The notes below the pieces were generated by a model that made no database searches, was not told the origin of the DNA, and saw nothing but the letters and a program-made list of their open reading frames with translations. Positions 23,405-36,243 of a stretch of DNA of 64,000 bases are shown here, piece after piece. Positions within the stretch are counted from its first letter, which is position 1; the number at the start of each line of letters is the position of its first letter. The stretch spans positions 38,006,001 to 38,070,000 of the forward strand of contig NC_043014.1 in NCBI RefSeq assembly GCF_006345805.1, read 5' to 3'. This DNA comes from Octopus sinensis. Lineage: Eukaryota. Made by a program: the position numbers and the translations under genes.

Positions 23405-23626
23405 GCGCCCTTTTAAAGCCTAGCCAGGCTCATGGGCCCGGTTTCCCGGTTCTATGGCGTCTGTGTTCCTCAGCTTGACGGGGCGCCAGTCCATCGCACC
23501 GTTACTGGAGTAACGTGAAATGAAGTGTTTTGCTCAAGAACTCAACGCGTCGCCCGGTCCAGGAATCGAAACCACAATCTTACGATCATGGTGCTGATAC
23601 CCTAACCATTAAGCCATGCACCTCCA
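23405..23626 (-). mobile_element. tRNA-derived SINE (family A-related head, different tail)
   Basis: GGTGCATGGCTTAATGGTTAGGG head, GGTTTCGATTCC B box and TTGAGCAAAACACTTCATTTCAC body. Confidence 0.75.
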
Positions 23627-23690
23627 CACAAACACACACACACATATATGCATATATGTGTGCGCGTGTGTATGTGCACATACATACGTA

Positions 23691-24012
23691 CTCTTTTACT
23701 CTTTTACTTGTTTCAGTCATTTGACTGCGGCCATTCTGGGGCACCGCCTTTAGTCGAGCAAATGGACCCCAGGACTTATTCTTTGTAAGCCCAGTACTTA
23801 TTCTATCAGTCTGTTTTGCTGAACCGCTAAGTGACGGGGACGTAAACACACCAGCATCGGTTGTCAAGCAATGCTAGGGGAACAAACACAGACACACAAA
23901 CATATACACACATACATATATACATTTACATATATACGACAGGCTTTTCAGTTTACCGTCTACCAAATCCACTCACAAGGCATGGTCGGCCGGGGCTATA
24001 GCAGAAGACACT
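23691..24012 (-). mobile_element. SINE family C (tRNA head, internal TA/CA tract, 3' body ending in AAACAAGTAAAAGAG repeats)
   Basis: Shares CCCCGTCACTTAGCGGTTC..GATAGAATAAGTAC..GCCGCAGTCAAATGACTGAAAC with copies at 25845, 32455, 46680 and 48785. Confidence 0.8.
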
Positions 24013-24058
24013 CCTACGCCTGTATGTATATATATATATATATATTATATATATATAT

Positions 24059-24103
<45 letters not shown>

Positions 24104-24130
24104 GTGTGTGTGTGTATTTAAAACATGTCA

Positions 24131-24446
24131 GAGACCTCCTCCTTCGGTCACGAATGACCATGGGATTGCCACATAGAAAGTTACCCTCTGAGGTACAAGA
24201 ACGTGCAAGGTTGTTTATGGAAGACCAGCAGTCGTCCATGCATACTAGCCTGCCCTCTCCGCGCCACCGATGTTATCCAAGGGACAGGCAAAGGCCGATA
24301 CAGCTTGGGACAGTGACGTCGTAAATCGATTCTACAGCAGAGTTAACTGGAGCAACGTGAAATAAAGTGTCTTGCTAGGTCCAGGATTCGAACTCACAAC
24401 CGCACGGTCGTAAGTTCGACACTCTAACCACTGAGCCATGCGCCTT
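24131..24446 (-). mobile_element. SINE family A copy
   Basis: Homologous to 22083-22417 over its full length. Confidence 0.85.
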
Positions 24447-24646
24447 CTCATATAACATGTATACATCTATATATATATACACTATATATACATAAATACG
24501 TACACACACACGTACACAGACATATTATATATATATATATAATATATTCATGAGTTTAAGATTTTAGATAAACTTTAAATGTCTTAAATTCATATTTAAT
24601 ATGTTAACGTTTTATAAATCCATAGGTACAAAGAATATATGAATAC

Positions 24647-24677
<31 letters not shown>

Positions 24678-24681
24678 TATC

Positions 24682-25115
24682 AGGTCACTTTCGAGTGCTA
24701 CTGGTAACATGTAACCCAGTACAACCTGTTGCATGGTCGGGTCGTCGGCGACTAAACCGGCAAACCCACCAGGCTTGCTTGGTGAGGAGGGTGTTTATTG
24801 GACACGCTGCGGGATGAAAAACAAAACCCGTCAAAGGGCGGAGGAACTCTTGAGAATCAACGGCCATCCAATAGATGTCTTAAGGCTGTATCATGCGCGG
24901 GGACATAGAAATAATCGGACTGAATACCAGATCGCGCGGTTAAACCACTGGGAGTGAAGGACTCCTAGCCTTTGTTAGGGCATCCTTCTAGGAGAAGGTA
25001 ACTCAGGTAACTGGGATAACTCTGATATAAGTCCTACGGCTCAGTGGTTACCGATGATGTTGACTTGTTCTTCTATTCGGATTATGGCTGCTGTTGCTTA
25101 GTGAGTGGGATTGAC
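24682..25115 (+). mobile_element. Probable 5' UTR segment of an RTE-type LINE
   Basis: GC-richer block with GGGCATCCTTCTAGGAGAAGGTAACTC and AAACCC motifs typical of RTE 5' regions (recall only); no coding part follows. Confidence 0.35.
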
Positions 25116-25785
25116 TCAGTGCAATAAATATATAAATATATGCATATATATATATATGTACGTACCAACATATGTATGTATATATTCATGCTTATATTGG
25201 TACAAGGCATAAAAAAACGTGAACAAAATGAGAAACGAGATAGGCAACATAAAGAACATTCCCTTCATCAGTTGTCCCGTTTTATCTACTCCGCGTTTAG
25301 AAGGTAGGGACAAGACGCGACTTCGTTAAAACAGTCCTTTCCGCAAAGCAAATTAAATAAGATTTTGGATTTTTTGCGGAGGGCTAAAGTGGTAACAAAA
25401 ACAGGACAGTAGGACAAAACAGTAAAAACAAATGGTGAGGGTTGTTAAGCCAAGACGAGGTGAAGTGATAAATGCTGGAAAAACGAGCTTTGAGAAGAGA
25501 CAGGCAAAAGCACGTTTTTTCTTTAAGAAGGAAGTGGAAAAAAGAAAGATAGGAAGCCGTTGGTCACGTGTGAGCAATGAGAGAGTCAAGGAGGAAGAGT
25601 GAGAGAGAGAGAGAGAGAGAGAGGGAATGGTGAATGGGAGAGGAGAGAAGAATAAGCATATCTATCTCCCTCCTCTCTTATTCTTCCTTTCTGTTTTCTC
25701 TCCCACCCTTTCCGTATTCTCCTCCTCTCCCCTTCACCGTTCCCTCTCTCTCCCTCTCACTCTTCCTCCTTGACTCTCTCATTGC

Positions 25786-25818
<33 letters not shown>

Positions 25819-25844
25819 TGTATGTGTGTGTATATGTGTGTGCG

Positions 25845-26056
25845 TGCGTGTGCATTCGTTTGTCCTCTCAACCGCTTGACAATCAATGTTGGTTTGTTTA
25901 CATCCCTGTAACTGAGCAGCTCGGCGAAAGTCAACGATAGGATCAGTAACAAATTAAAAAAAACAACCTACAGAGGGTGATGATCTGTTCGACTAAAAGC
26001 ATTCAAAGTGATGCTCCAGCATGACCGCAGTATATTGACTGAAACAAATAAAAGAC
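25845..26056 (+). mobile_element. SINE family C, 3' half
   Basis: CCAGCATGACCGCAG..TGACTGAAACAAATAAAAGA ending shared with the other copies. Confidence 0.7.
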
Positions 26057-26230
26057 AGAAGATAAAAATATGTCTGAAAATGTTTAGACAACACAGTACG
26101 TAATACTGAAATTTATCAGTTGATGATGAAATTCCAACACAAGGATTCAAACTAGTTCGGCTGATCCCTGATTTCCTGTCCAAGAACATGTCGCTTATAA
26201 AGTCATGGATATGACCTGTCTATTATATAC

Positions 26231-26615
26231 TACTAGCAGTATCGCCCGGCGTTGCTCAGGTTTGTAAGGGAAATAACTATAAAGCATTTTTAGAGAGTTA
26301 TAGCCAAAAAATAGCAAAAAAATGGAAAAAAATGATGGTAAATTTTTTTGAGAGTTAAAAAAGGTGGAGTCGCGTCCCCTAGACGGTCTGTGGTTTGGGT
26401 TTCTGATTCTCGACCCCATGTCGAATTTATCGATTTTTTTCAGAACTGGGGGAACTTTTCAAAATTTTCGCTGCGTTAGTTTTGAATTATGACATTGGGC
26501 TATGTGTGTGTCAAGTTTCATCAGAATCGGTTGAAAGCCGTGGTCAGAGTGAGGGTACGAGAAAACAGACACACAGAAAACGCACAGACAAACTGCCGTT
26601 TATATAGAGAGAGAT
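26231..26615 (+). mobile_element. Non-autonomous Helitron/Helentron-like element (~385 bp)
   Basis: Starts TACTAGCAGTATCGCCCGGCGTTGCTC; ends AAGTTTCATCAGAATCGG...ACAGACAAACTGCCGTTTATATAGAGAGAGAT; no TSD. A near-identical copy lies at 53247-53625. Confidence 0.7.
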
Positions 26616-27310
26616 GTTGATTAAAAGTTTTTTGACGTATTCAGTGAGGTAGTGTATAGCATTGAACCAAAATGATTTTAACGCACGACCCTACTAGAAA
26701 AATGGGAAATTATTGTCATTTTTACCGCATTTTTAAATCGAAAACTTATGTATTTTATATTTACTCTTATTTCTAGGTTACTACAGTTATGAAACTTTCA
26801 TATAAAGAAAATCACGAATTTTCATGAAGAAGCTGAATATGTTTGGATGACGTCAGTATTACCGTCAACAGCTGACCAATCAAAACTCATTTGAAAAAAA
26901 AAAAAAAAAGACAGAAATGGAGAAAAGTAAAAAGTACAAAGGCGTGTACCATGTTGAAATTACATTTTCAAAAGCTAAATGAATTTATCCAGTCATATCA
27001 ATTGTAACAAAGTTGTAAATATTTTTATCACAAAAATTTACTGAACTTAGACAATCAACAAGAAAAAAAAATGTTTTACGCATAGTGTTGTGTGTATATG
27101 TATATATATATTGACAATCATATACGTTCTCATACACCTATATTATCATGCATTTACGTTTACTGATACACACACATTTCAAGAACAGTACAACTGTTTA
27201 ATTCTTGCTTAAAGAAATACTGAAAGAGCACTTTTTGGAGCTTTACTCTTTCTGTATGCCGCTCTTTATGATTGAATTAATATTTCGAAAGGTCTTGCCA
27301 TATATTAGAG

Positions 27311-27529
27311 CAGTGCTTTTCGAACGTTTTGCTGGAGCGGAACCCCAAGGAGACATTCCACTGGCTCGAGGAACTCCTGTGCAATAATTTAATAGTCGTA
27401 TGCACACATATTTGCACAGGAGAATTAAAAATTACTGCCGATTTTAGCAGTTTTGTAACTTCTTGCGGAACCCCTGCACTGTACTGGCGGAACCCTAAGG
27501 TTCCGCGGAACCCTGGTTGAAAACCAATG
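27311..27529 (+). mobile_element. hAT (Charlie-type) MITE, 219 bp
   Basis: Imperfect TIRs CAGTGCTTTTCGAAC / GGTTGAAAACCAATG; 8-bp TSD tattagag (27303-27310) and tactagag (27530-27537), close to the NTCTAGAN preference. Confidence 0.85.
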
Positions 27530-28238
27530 TACTAGAGGAAGGCAGAAAAGTGTATTGTATGGAATGTCTGAACATGGAAAAGAAACTATATCGTAATGAA
27601 AAATTTGTTCGGATGGCTTCAGTACAGTTATGCTATAACTCAGGAACATCGAAAATATAATACAGATAGTGTTAAGCAAATAAAAGAACGGAATGGCATT
27701 GAATGCACGTCTTTCGGTAATCGGTTGATTAACACATAACGTTCAACAGTTACTTATATATGTGTAAGACTTATTATTTAGACAAAGAGGGAAGTGGAAT
27801 GTACGAAGTTGTCTTTCCCTTCTATTACCGATTATAACAGAAACCATGAATCTGATTGTGTTGTCTGCAACGAGTCGTCGAAAGCCTGCATCTTTATAAT
27901 AATCTACTTCGTGGTGAATTTCTTGACTTGAATGGGAGGTTCCTACTTCTAATAAAACTGATTCTAAATAAGTTACAAAAAAAAGATCATGGCTAACGTA
28001 AATCAAATACTTTGCTTCGTATTAATTAGAAATTGAGGCCCGTCTTTCTTAATACATACATCGATCCACTATACACATCGATGCATTAAAGTTAACATAC
28101 ATGAGAGAAGGAATATACAGTTGACTTACTGCAACTGATTTAGTTGTTATTTAAAAACAAAGAACTTACATCATCTCCTGTCAAACTCTACACATCAGAC
28201 TGTAAGAATCTGTAAGAATCAATAATAGTCATACAGAA

Positions 28239-29672
28239 ATGCCAAGCTTTTTCAGACGTATTAACCGTTTTTATTCATGTCGTTGGAGGACGTGTTACGC
28301 TTGTACTGTAGCTTTAATTCTGCTACAGTCTTTAAGAGTTGATATAAGTATGGCTTTTGTTTGCATGTTGAAAACGCCCAATCGGACAAATAATGAAAAT
28401 AATTTTACACGAACTAACGAACATTGTTCTTCTTTAAACAACCATAAAATAATGCAACATTTTGAAGGTGAGTTTGAATGGAGCAACACGTTACAATCAA
28501 ATATCTTAGCATGTTACTTTTATGGGTATATTTCAACTAATATTTTAGCTGGAATATTGGTAAACAAATATGGTGGGAAAAAAGTTCTAGGAAGCTCACT
28601 TCTCTTCGCATCATTTCTGACCATTCTCCACCCAAGTTTATCTCGAATAAGTGGTTACTTAACAATTGTCCTAAGAATATTAACAGGTATGGTCTCGGCA
28701 CCGATGTTCCCAGCAATCCTATCGCTAATGGCACGTTGGGCCCCACCATCTGAGAAAGACCTATTGATTGGTATTACTTTTACAGGTCAAGTATTGGGCA
28801 ATATTGCAGGTTTTGTAATATTCGGTTACCTTTGTGAGTATGGATTTGATAATGGATGGGGTTCTATATTTTATACAAGTGGTGTAACGACGTTGATTTT
28901 TAGTTTTGTGTGGTATTATGCTGTTTACGATAATCCAGATCTCCATCCTACAATCAGCCAAGAAGAACATGCTTATTTAAACAGAACTATAATATGTGAA
29001 AGACTACCTAAAAATATACCTTGGCGACGGATGCTTTCTTCGCCTGCAATTTGGGCTATTGTTTTCGGTTTGTTTGGTTATGATTGGGGCTCCATTTCCC
29101 TCCAGGTATTGCTGCCTCTGTATTTAAAAGAAGCCTTAAACGTTAATGCAACATCCAACGGTATAATTTCCTCAGCTCCTTCGGTTGCAGAAGTCATTGT
29201 CCTACCATTATGGGGAAAATTGGCCGATATTTTGCGTTCAAAGAATTATATGTCAACTCACTCGGTGCGTGTTTTATTCCAAACCGTTGCTCTAGTTGCT
29301 TGTGCAAGTCTACTGATTACCATGGGATACCTCAGATGTGACCAACTCATTCAAATATATATTTTCTTGTTTCTTTGTGGTGCATTCCTAGCATTTAGCT
29401 GTAGTGGAGTTATTGCCAACAGCATTGACATTGCTCCCAGTTATGTCGGCGTAATCTTTGGACTTACTAACACAATTTGTGCATCATCAGGCAGCTTTTC
29501 TTCCTTGTTCGCAAAAGCTCTGACACCAAATGGCACACAGAGCGAATGGCAGATCGTATTTGCTTTGTATGGCGCTGTTCTTGTCTTAGGTGCAATATTC
29601 TTTGCAGTGTTGGTAAGAACAGAAATTCAAGACTGGGCAAGACCTGAGGGATTCGAACCAGAGGAAGCATGA
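28239..29672 (+). CDS. SLC17 / sialin-like major facilitator anion transporter, 477 aa, intronless ORF
   Basis: Uninterrupted ORF with SLC17 motifs: TM1 LRVDISMAFVCM, FEWS..Q..IL..YFYGY, KYGGK, WAPPxE, FGYDNGWGSIFY-like loop (YGFDNGWGSIFY), VYDNPDLHPTIS.EE, IPWRRMLSSPAIWAI, DIAPSYVGVIFGLTNT, W..VF, C-terminal EIQDWA. About 12 hydrophobic segments. Exact paralog not assignable. Confidence 0.95.
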   Translation: MPSFFRRINRFYSCRWRTCYACTVALILLQSLRVDISMAFVCMLKTPNRTNNENNFTRTNEHCSSLNNHKIMQHFEGEFEWSNTLQSNILACYFYGYISTNILAGILVNKYGGKKVLGSSLLFASFLTILHPSLSRISGYLTIVLRILTGMVSAPMFPAILSLMARWAPPSEKDLLIGITFTGQVLGNIAGFVIFGYLCEYGFDNGWGSIFYTSGVTTLIFSFVWYYAVYDNPDLHPTISQEEHAYLNRTIICERLPKNIPWRRMLSSPAIWAIVFGLFGYDWGSISLQVLLPLYLKEALNVNATSNGIISSAPSVAEVIVLPLWGKLADILRSKNYMSTHSVRVLFQTVALVACASLLITMGYLRCDQLIQIYIFLFLCGAFLAFSCSGVIANSIDIAPSYVGVIFGLTNTICASSGSFSSLFAKALTPNGTQSEWQIVFALYGAVLVLGAIFFAVLVRTEIQDWARPEGFEPEEA

Positions 29673-29815
29673 TATTATCGTTGTGATCTTAAATAGATGT
29701 AGGTGTATTTTATTTGTGTATATATATATGTGCGTGTACATATATGTGTGTATCTGTGTGTATATATACATATAATTTATATATACGTTATATACATACA
29801 TGCATACATACATAC

Positions 29816-29873
<58 letters not shown>

Positions 29874-29881
29874 ATATGTAT

Positions 29882-29918
<37 letters not shown>

Positions 29919-29953
29919 GTAATCTCTATCTATCAGTGCTAGGAAATATATGT

Positions 29954-30990
29954 AATGTCTATCTATCAGTGCTAGGAAATATTTACCTATATTGAAGATA
30001 GTGGTTTTAGCGATAAAATAAAATATACACCTATCACTAGCTCAACAGTAAAGAAAAGGAATAATAGAAATAGGAAGGTCATCTGGTTTACGCCCCCTTA
30101 CTCACCCGAGGTGGCCTTCAATATAGGTAAATATTTCCTAGCACTGATAGATAGACATTTTCCAGTTAACCATACTTATAGGAAACTCTTCAATAGACAC
30201 AATTTAAAAATTAGTTTTAGTTCAACTACCAATTTTAAAAACATAATCAAACATAACATACAAAAAACACAAGAAGAAAACAGCTGTTCATGCAGGAATA
30301 AAGAATTGTGCCCGCTAAATGGAGCTTGCATGTCCAAGACCATCATATATGAAGCTACCGTAAACTCTATAACCACTAAAGACACAGTTTCGACGAAGAA
30401 ATACGTGGGCCTTACAGAGGGTAATTTCAAGGCCAGGCACTGGAACAAAAGAAAAGCGACACAATTGTCTAATCATATTTGGTCTTTAAGAGATAAAGAA
30501 GTCGATTATAACATACAATGGAAGATTTTGGCCAGATGTAAGTCCTATACTAACGGCAGCGGAAGGTGCGGTCTATGCGACATGGAGAGATGGCTTATCT
30601 GGAAAAGCAGCTTAGACCATACTACATGTCTAAATACAAGGACAGAGCTTTTCGGATCATGCCCACATGTGACTAAGTTTCTGTTACGTTTTTGGTCCCC
30701 TAAAGAAAACAGATAGAACATGCTTTCTATGTTATTCCCAAGAAGAATTTATATATTTTTATATATTTTTATATATTTTTTATGTATTTTTATATATTTT
30801 TATGACGAAAAATGCGAGCGATGTATAAGTACGCAGGCAAGCAGAGTTATAACAGAGTAATTTCCCTTTATTTAACGGTATTTTTTCATAACGTTTTCAA
30901 ATAGCCAGATAACCGAAGAGATGGTGTTGTGGATTTCCACTTCGGCATCTGAAACTCAGAGTTTTATCTTGACTACCGAGTAATGTAACA
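29954..30990 (+). mobile_element. 5'-truncated Penelope-like element with GIY-YIG domain
   Basis: RKVIWFTPPYS...KLFNRHNLKISFS...CSCRNKELCPLNGAC..KTIIYEATV...KYVGLTEGNFKARH...QWKIL....Y......CGLC..E...LNTRTEL...C.H (ORF 30111-30716); a hammerhead-like motif follows at 30907-30969. Confidence 0.9.
30907..30969 (+). ncRNA. Type I hammerhead-like motif in the PLE 3' terminus (core CCGAAGA)
   Basis: AGATAA CCGAAGA GATG...GTGG ATTT CCAC...CATC T GAAAC TCAGAGT T TTATCT. Stem I AGATAA/TTATCT, stem II GATG/CATC, stem III ACT/AGT. Confidence 0.5.
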
Positions 30991-31003
30991 TATTGTATAT
31001 ATA

Positions 31004-31034
<31 letters not shown>

Positions 31035-31055
31035 ATATATATAGATATATATATA

Positions 31056-31101
<46 letters not shown>

Positions 31102-32356
31102 GACACACACATATACATACATCCACACGAACACACATATCCGCGCATATACGTATATACACATATACATGCGCAAATACATTAATTCGTATGCACACTC
31201 ACACATACATATATGTATATATATGTGTTTACACTTTTTACCCACCATCCCAAAGAAGAAGTTAACATAGATCTATGTTGGTCAATTAATTCCAATTCGT
31301 TAATGAAATTTTGAATTATTTTGTTTACTCTGTAGTGTTTCAAGGAAAGTATATGTGTTTTTAACAGTTTTGGAAAGTTTTGGTGTTTGAATGTGCCTAC
31401 GAAAATAACTAACATTTATATACGCATGTGTACAAGCGTACGTAAATTTAATCATAGATATATATATATGTTGGATCTTGCAGGCATGAAGTGGATTCGA
31501 ACCACCATAACCAAATTTAAATTAACAGTTCAACAGAACTTTTCTCACGGTGGAACAATGGTTTTTCTCTGACAGCAGTTTTACATTTGCCAGATTGCCT
31601 TAGCTAGGCCGAAATAATGTCTTCACTACTTGACCCTTATAACCTCTTCTGCTTCACCAAAAGCTAGAATAGAGATATCACTGTACCACCAACGAAGCCC
31701 ATTGTTCTCAACAATGTGTCTATCCTACTGGATAGTTATAAAAGCAAGAACTTCCAAGCAAAAACCAAGTAGTCACTTGGTGACAACTGAGCGAGGCGGC
31801 TCATGACGACTCAGGTTGGGAACGGACTGCTAGAATCATGATCAGCGTGAAGGCAGCTACTAAAGACATTGGTCAACGAGAGAAATTATATTTACTGTTA
31901 GCAACTGCGAGACGACATCCTACAACCTTGCAACTTTCACTAGCTCTAATTACAACATCATTCTATCTATATTACTAAATAATGAAGAGAACATAAACAC
32001 AAACTTTACTTCGCATGCTTTTGGATGTATCATAACCTGCCCGTCGAGGCAAGGTACTGTAACGTCACGGTAAATAAATATTTCCTTAAAACTTCATGCA
32101 TTGTTCATCTTTCACCCTCTTTTACGATCCTATATCTCTCTCCACCCCTACACACTCAATAATACTATAAAAAGAGACGAATCCCCTAAAAAAAATTCAA
32201 ATCTGAAGAATCTACTAGAGTAGATGCAAGCGCTAATATATGATTTATAAAAATATGTGACAAATTAATAAAAATCTGTAAATGTAAAAACCATCCAGAT
32301 TTCTGAGTACCTTATTTCTTCTAATATATAATACCTGTACGTAACCTCCAAACCTA

Positions 32357-32414
<58 letters not shown>

Positions 32415-32454
32415 CCCACCACCCCAAAAAAAGAAAAAATAAGGCTATGCTGTA

Positions 32455-32580
32455 GCACTACCTTAAATGGCTTTAGTCGAACAGATCAACCCTTGTACTT
32501 ATTCTTTGTAAGCTTAATACTCTTTTGTTGAACCGCTAAGTTACGGCGATATAAACACACCAACAGACACAAAGGCACAC
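32455..32580 (-). mobile_element. SINE family C fragment
   Basis: TTATTCTTTGTAAGC...GAACCGCTAAGTTACGG...AAACACACCA shared with family C. Confidence 0.65.
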
Positions 32581-32884
32581 AAACACTTAAATACATATAC
32601 ATACATACATACATACATACATACATACATACATACATACATAAATATATATATATATATGTATAATAGCAGTGTTCTTGCTTCCAACAGTGTTTTCATA
32701 AGTCATCAAAATATACCACTATATTTTATTATTGCTTAATCAACACCGAAATATATGAGATCATAAGTAAAACAAAAACAAAAAAAAACCTCCGTATCTT
32801 CTCTATCTATGATTTCGTTTGCTGGAATGTCTTTTTTTTATTAGCTCTCCTGCTTCATTCACTGTATGCATGTTGTTGTTTGTT

Positions 32885-33178
32885 TCTTCTCGAGCCATGC
32901 CTGGCTCATAAGGGCCGGTTTCCCGGTTTCTTAGCATATAGGTTCCCCACCTGGACGGGATGCCGGTCCGTCGCAGGTGAGCTGCAAGATGCAGGAGGAA
33001 AGAGTGAGAGAAAATTGTGGCGAAAGAGTCAGCAGAAGTTTCGCCATTACCTTCTGCTGGAGCCACGTGGAGCTTAGGTGTTTCGCTCATAAACACACAC
33101 ATCGTCCGGTCTGAGATTCGAACCCGCGATCCCACGACCGCGAGTCCGCTGCTCTAACCACTAGGCCATGTGCTTCCA
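32885..33178 (-). mobile_element. tRNA-derived SINE (family D-type head)
   Basis: Head GGAAGCACATGGCCTAGTGGTTAGAGCAGCGGACTCGCGGTCG and B box GGTTCGAATC. Confidence 0.75.
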
Positions 33179-36100
33179 CACATATGCATGGACATAAACA
33201 TATACAAACACATGCTGACGAGCACACTGAATTGATTGATATTCTTCGATATTTCCCGACAGGTATTTTGTAGGCATTATATATGCCCCCTGGTTAAAAA
33301 CAGACAGCTTAGAATATGTAAATTTTTGTTTCTGTTATTTATTCAAGAAATAGATGAAGTATGGCGCCATTCATTGTTCCATGAATGACGGAATAAGACG
33401 CTTTATATAATCTTTGAAGGTATGAGACATGGTAAATAGAACCAGTGTAGGTGAAGAAGCAATGATGACTGAAATGTTATGGATCAAACTAATACAGATG
33501 GGACAAAATCATTAAATAAAAAGTTGTTATTGGCATTGTTGCAACGATCGTGTCTTTTACTTAGTTATGCGATCGGTCTCAGAGTTTGCTCTCTGTCGGC
33601 CACTTTAAAACGCTGTTAAAATAATTTTAACATGTAAAAATTATGAAGGTTACATATGTCCGATCAAGGTTACATTTGTGTAAGGGGAAGACTGCGAGAA
33701 AGATATAATATTTATGCTGCTCCTTATGTCTGGTAAGATATTTCCAAACGAGAATAATTACTCTGGTCCGCATATATACAATAAAAAGAAAATGTGGAAT
33801 ATTCACAAATCATTTCGCAGACTTCAAGATAATTCAGTGGCTATTCACCTCGTCAGCCGCTGTTGAACTCAAAGCAATTACTCATCTAGCTGCACGATTC
33901 TTTCATTCCTGTAACCAATGTTCTTGAAACCAATTTGAAGAAAAGAGCAATGTTATATACTGTTAGCAGGTTTTCCCTTTTACTTGATTTAAACGCTTCG
34001 CACGAACTGAATGAAACTGTAACTTTTTATGAAAGATTATTCAAACGTTAATCTGACGGTAATATCGATTGAGAATTAAAGCACTTCAAAACTTTAATAA
34101 AAAGCAAACATCTTCAAGAATAGGAAACCCATGTTTTCAAGATCTGTATAGAATCACAGTTTATATATAGAACTTTATGTTTATATATGTAACTTTATGT
34201 ATAGAATCACAGCAAATACAACTATAGCTATTTAAACGTCTAACGGAATATTTATACTGAGGGAAAAAAGAACTGAAAGTGTTCTTTAAGCAATGATGAT
34301 ATAAGATAAAGTTACTGCAGTGAGTACTATATGAATAAAAAAATGATAAACATAATTTAGTACACCGTTTATGACACTTGCCTCATAAGAGCTACAAAGA
34401 GAATATATTAATAAGATGAGTGGCTTATGTTTTATCGGTGTATGCATGTCATGCACTCTGTTATCAGTTTTAATATTTTATCAGTTGTAAGCAACTAATT
34501 ATTTTATCACGTGTTTTCATTATTGATCATGTCTTAGTTTGATAAATATGCTTTGTGTTCTGACAACTACTAGGTTATGAAAGTATTTTTCTTGTAGGAA
34601 TTTAATACATTCAACCATTTGATTCAATGGAATCTAATTTCTCGTGTTATATTCTTATTGATTATTGTGTTTCAAATTCATGAAAGACAATATGCATATT
34701 GAAAGCATTTTTGCAAAGTCTATTTCTTGCATAACCGTGTTCATCTTTAAAATTTGTCAAATAGGGGTTCTACAGAACCCCATAGCTAAATTCGACCATG
34801 AATAAGTGATCATATTAAAGCAGGTAATATCTGGTTGGTTTTGTTTATATCCCATACATCAAGTAAACTGAATAATGTAAGACGAGACGAAAAGTCTATG
34901 GATATTGAGTTCAATATCCTATTCATTCAGCCAACTCGCTCATACAATTAAAAGAAAAGAAAGGATCTCGTGTCGGTGACAACAAACGGACGTACCAGTT
35001 GCTCGAACAACAGAACTATCAACACATTGTATTATAAATGGCTAAATATCCCACAGACACTTGTACTGTTTCAGGCAGAATAAGCGGAACACTATATGAT
35101 TGTGTGTGACAAAGCCGGTTCATTTTCACTCACCGAACCCAGGTCGCCTAGAGGCTACAATACATAAGACTTAGCTACAAAGGGATCAAACAGGAACTGC
35201 CATCTGAATGATAAGCGATCTTAATCTGTTCTATTTTGCGCTCATCATCGAGAGGAATGATTTTTAAGGTTAATAGAAACCCTCCTGGGGTTAAAAAGGG
35301 TAGTAACAGTGTTCTCTGCAGAACAACCACGTTGAGCTGGTAACAACCACTACTTTTCAGTAGAGTTACTACATGCATCGCGTATAGAGATTTTAGGACT
35401 AGCAACCTTTCTTACTGAAAGATCAACGGTTGCGTGTCGCTTGTTTGTTTATATATTGCGAACTGGGACGAACGACTGCTAAGTCTAGCGGACATGTATA
35501 ACCAGTACCGAAGAAGGGTAATACCCAGAAACCAGTTGGGCAATTGGTTCCTGTCAACACTGGATGGAAGTTGTTCGCTCCATTTTTTTGCAATATAACG
35601 GACACAGACAGCGTGTTGTTAACCAGTTGGAGATGTCCTCCTGGGGTTAAAAAGAGTTGTAATAGTGTTCTTTATGGAACAACCATCTTGAGGTGGTACC
35701 AACCATTACTTTTAGGTAGAGTTACTACTTACATCTGGTATAGAGATTTTAGAACTAGCTACGATTTAAATTTATATAGGTTAAGTTTCAAATCATCTCC
35801 CTCTTCGTGGAGCAGCGGGTGACAAATTAAAGTTAGTTTCAAATATACGATTAAGACTAAGTATAATTTAAAATATATGGTTGAGATCATATGATTAGGA
35901 CTGCTTGCGGTAGAAGTTATTACTCTTCCTCATGCTGTGAATGGAAACCAAATCAGCCAAGAAGACTACGTGTTGAACTACTAACGATGTTTGTGTAGCA
36001 AATTGAAAGCTACTTCAGGAATTTCGTTGACGAAGGGCAGTTTATTCTATATCGTCTCAATTTACTTTGACACTGAGGAAAAGCTGAATAGAGGAGTGAT

Positions 36101-36211
36101 TATATATTAAGAAAAATAAAATAAAAGATTAAACAATTTAACATGTATGTGTGTGAGCAGGAGAGAGAAAAAAGGGCGCACATGTGAGAGTGGGAAAAGA
36201 GCGAGAGAGAA

Positions 36212-36243
<32 letters not shown>

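Noticed and set aside
33640-34800. Possible decayed DNA-transposon sequence (FADF-like peptide, GGGGTTCTACAGAACCCC palindrome near 34765)
   Set aside because: No consistent reading frame or matching terminal repeats could be established by eye.
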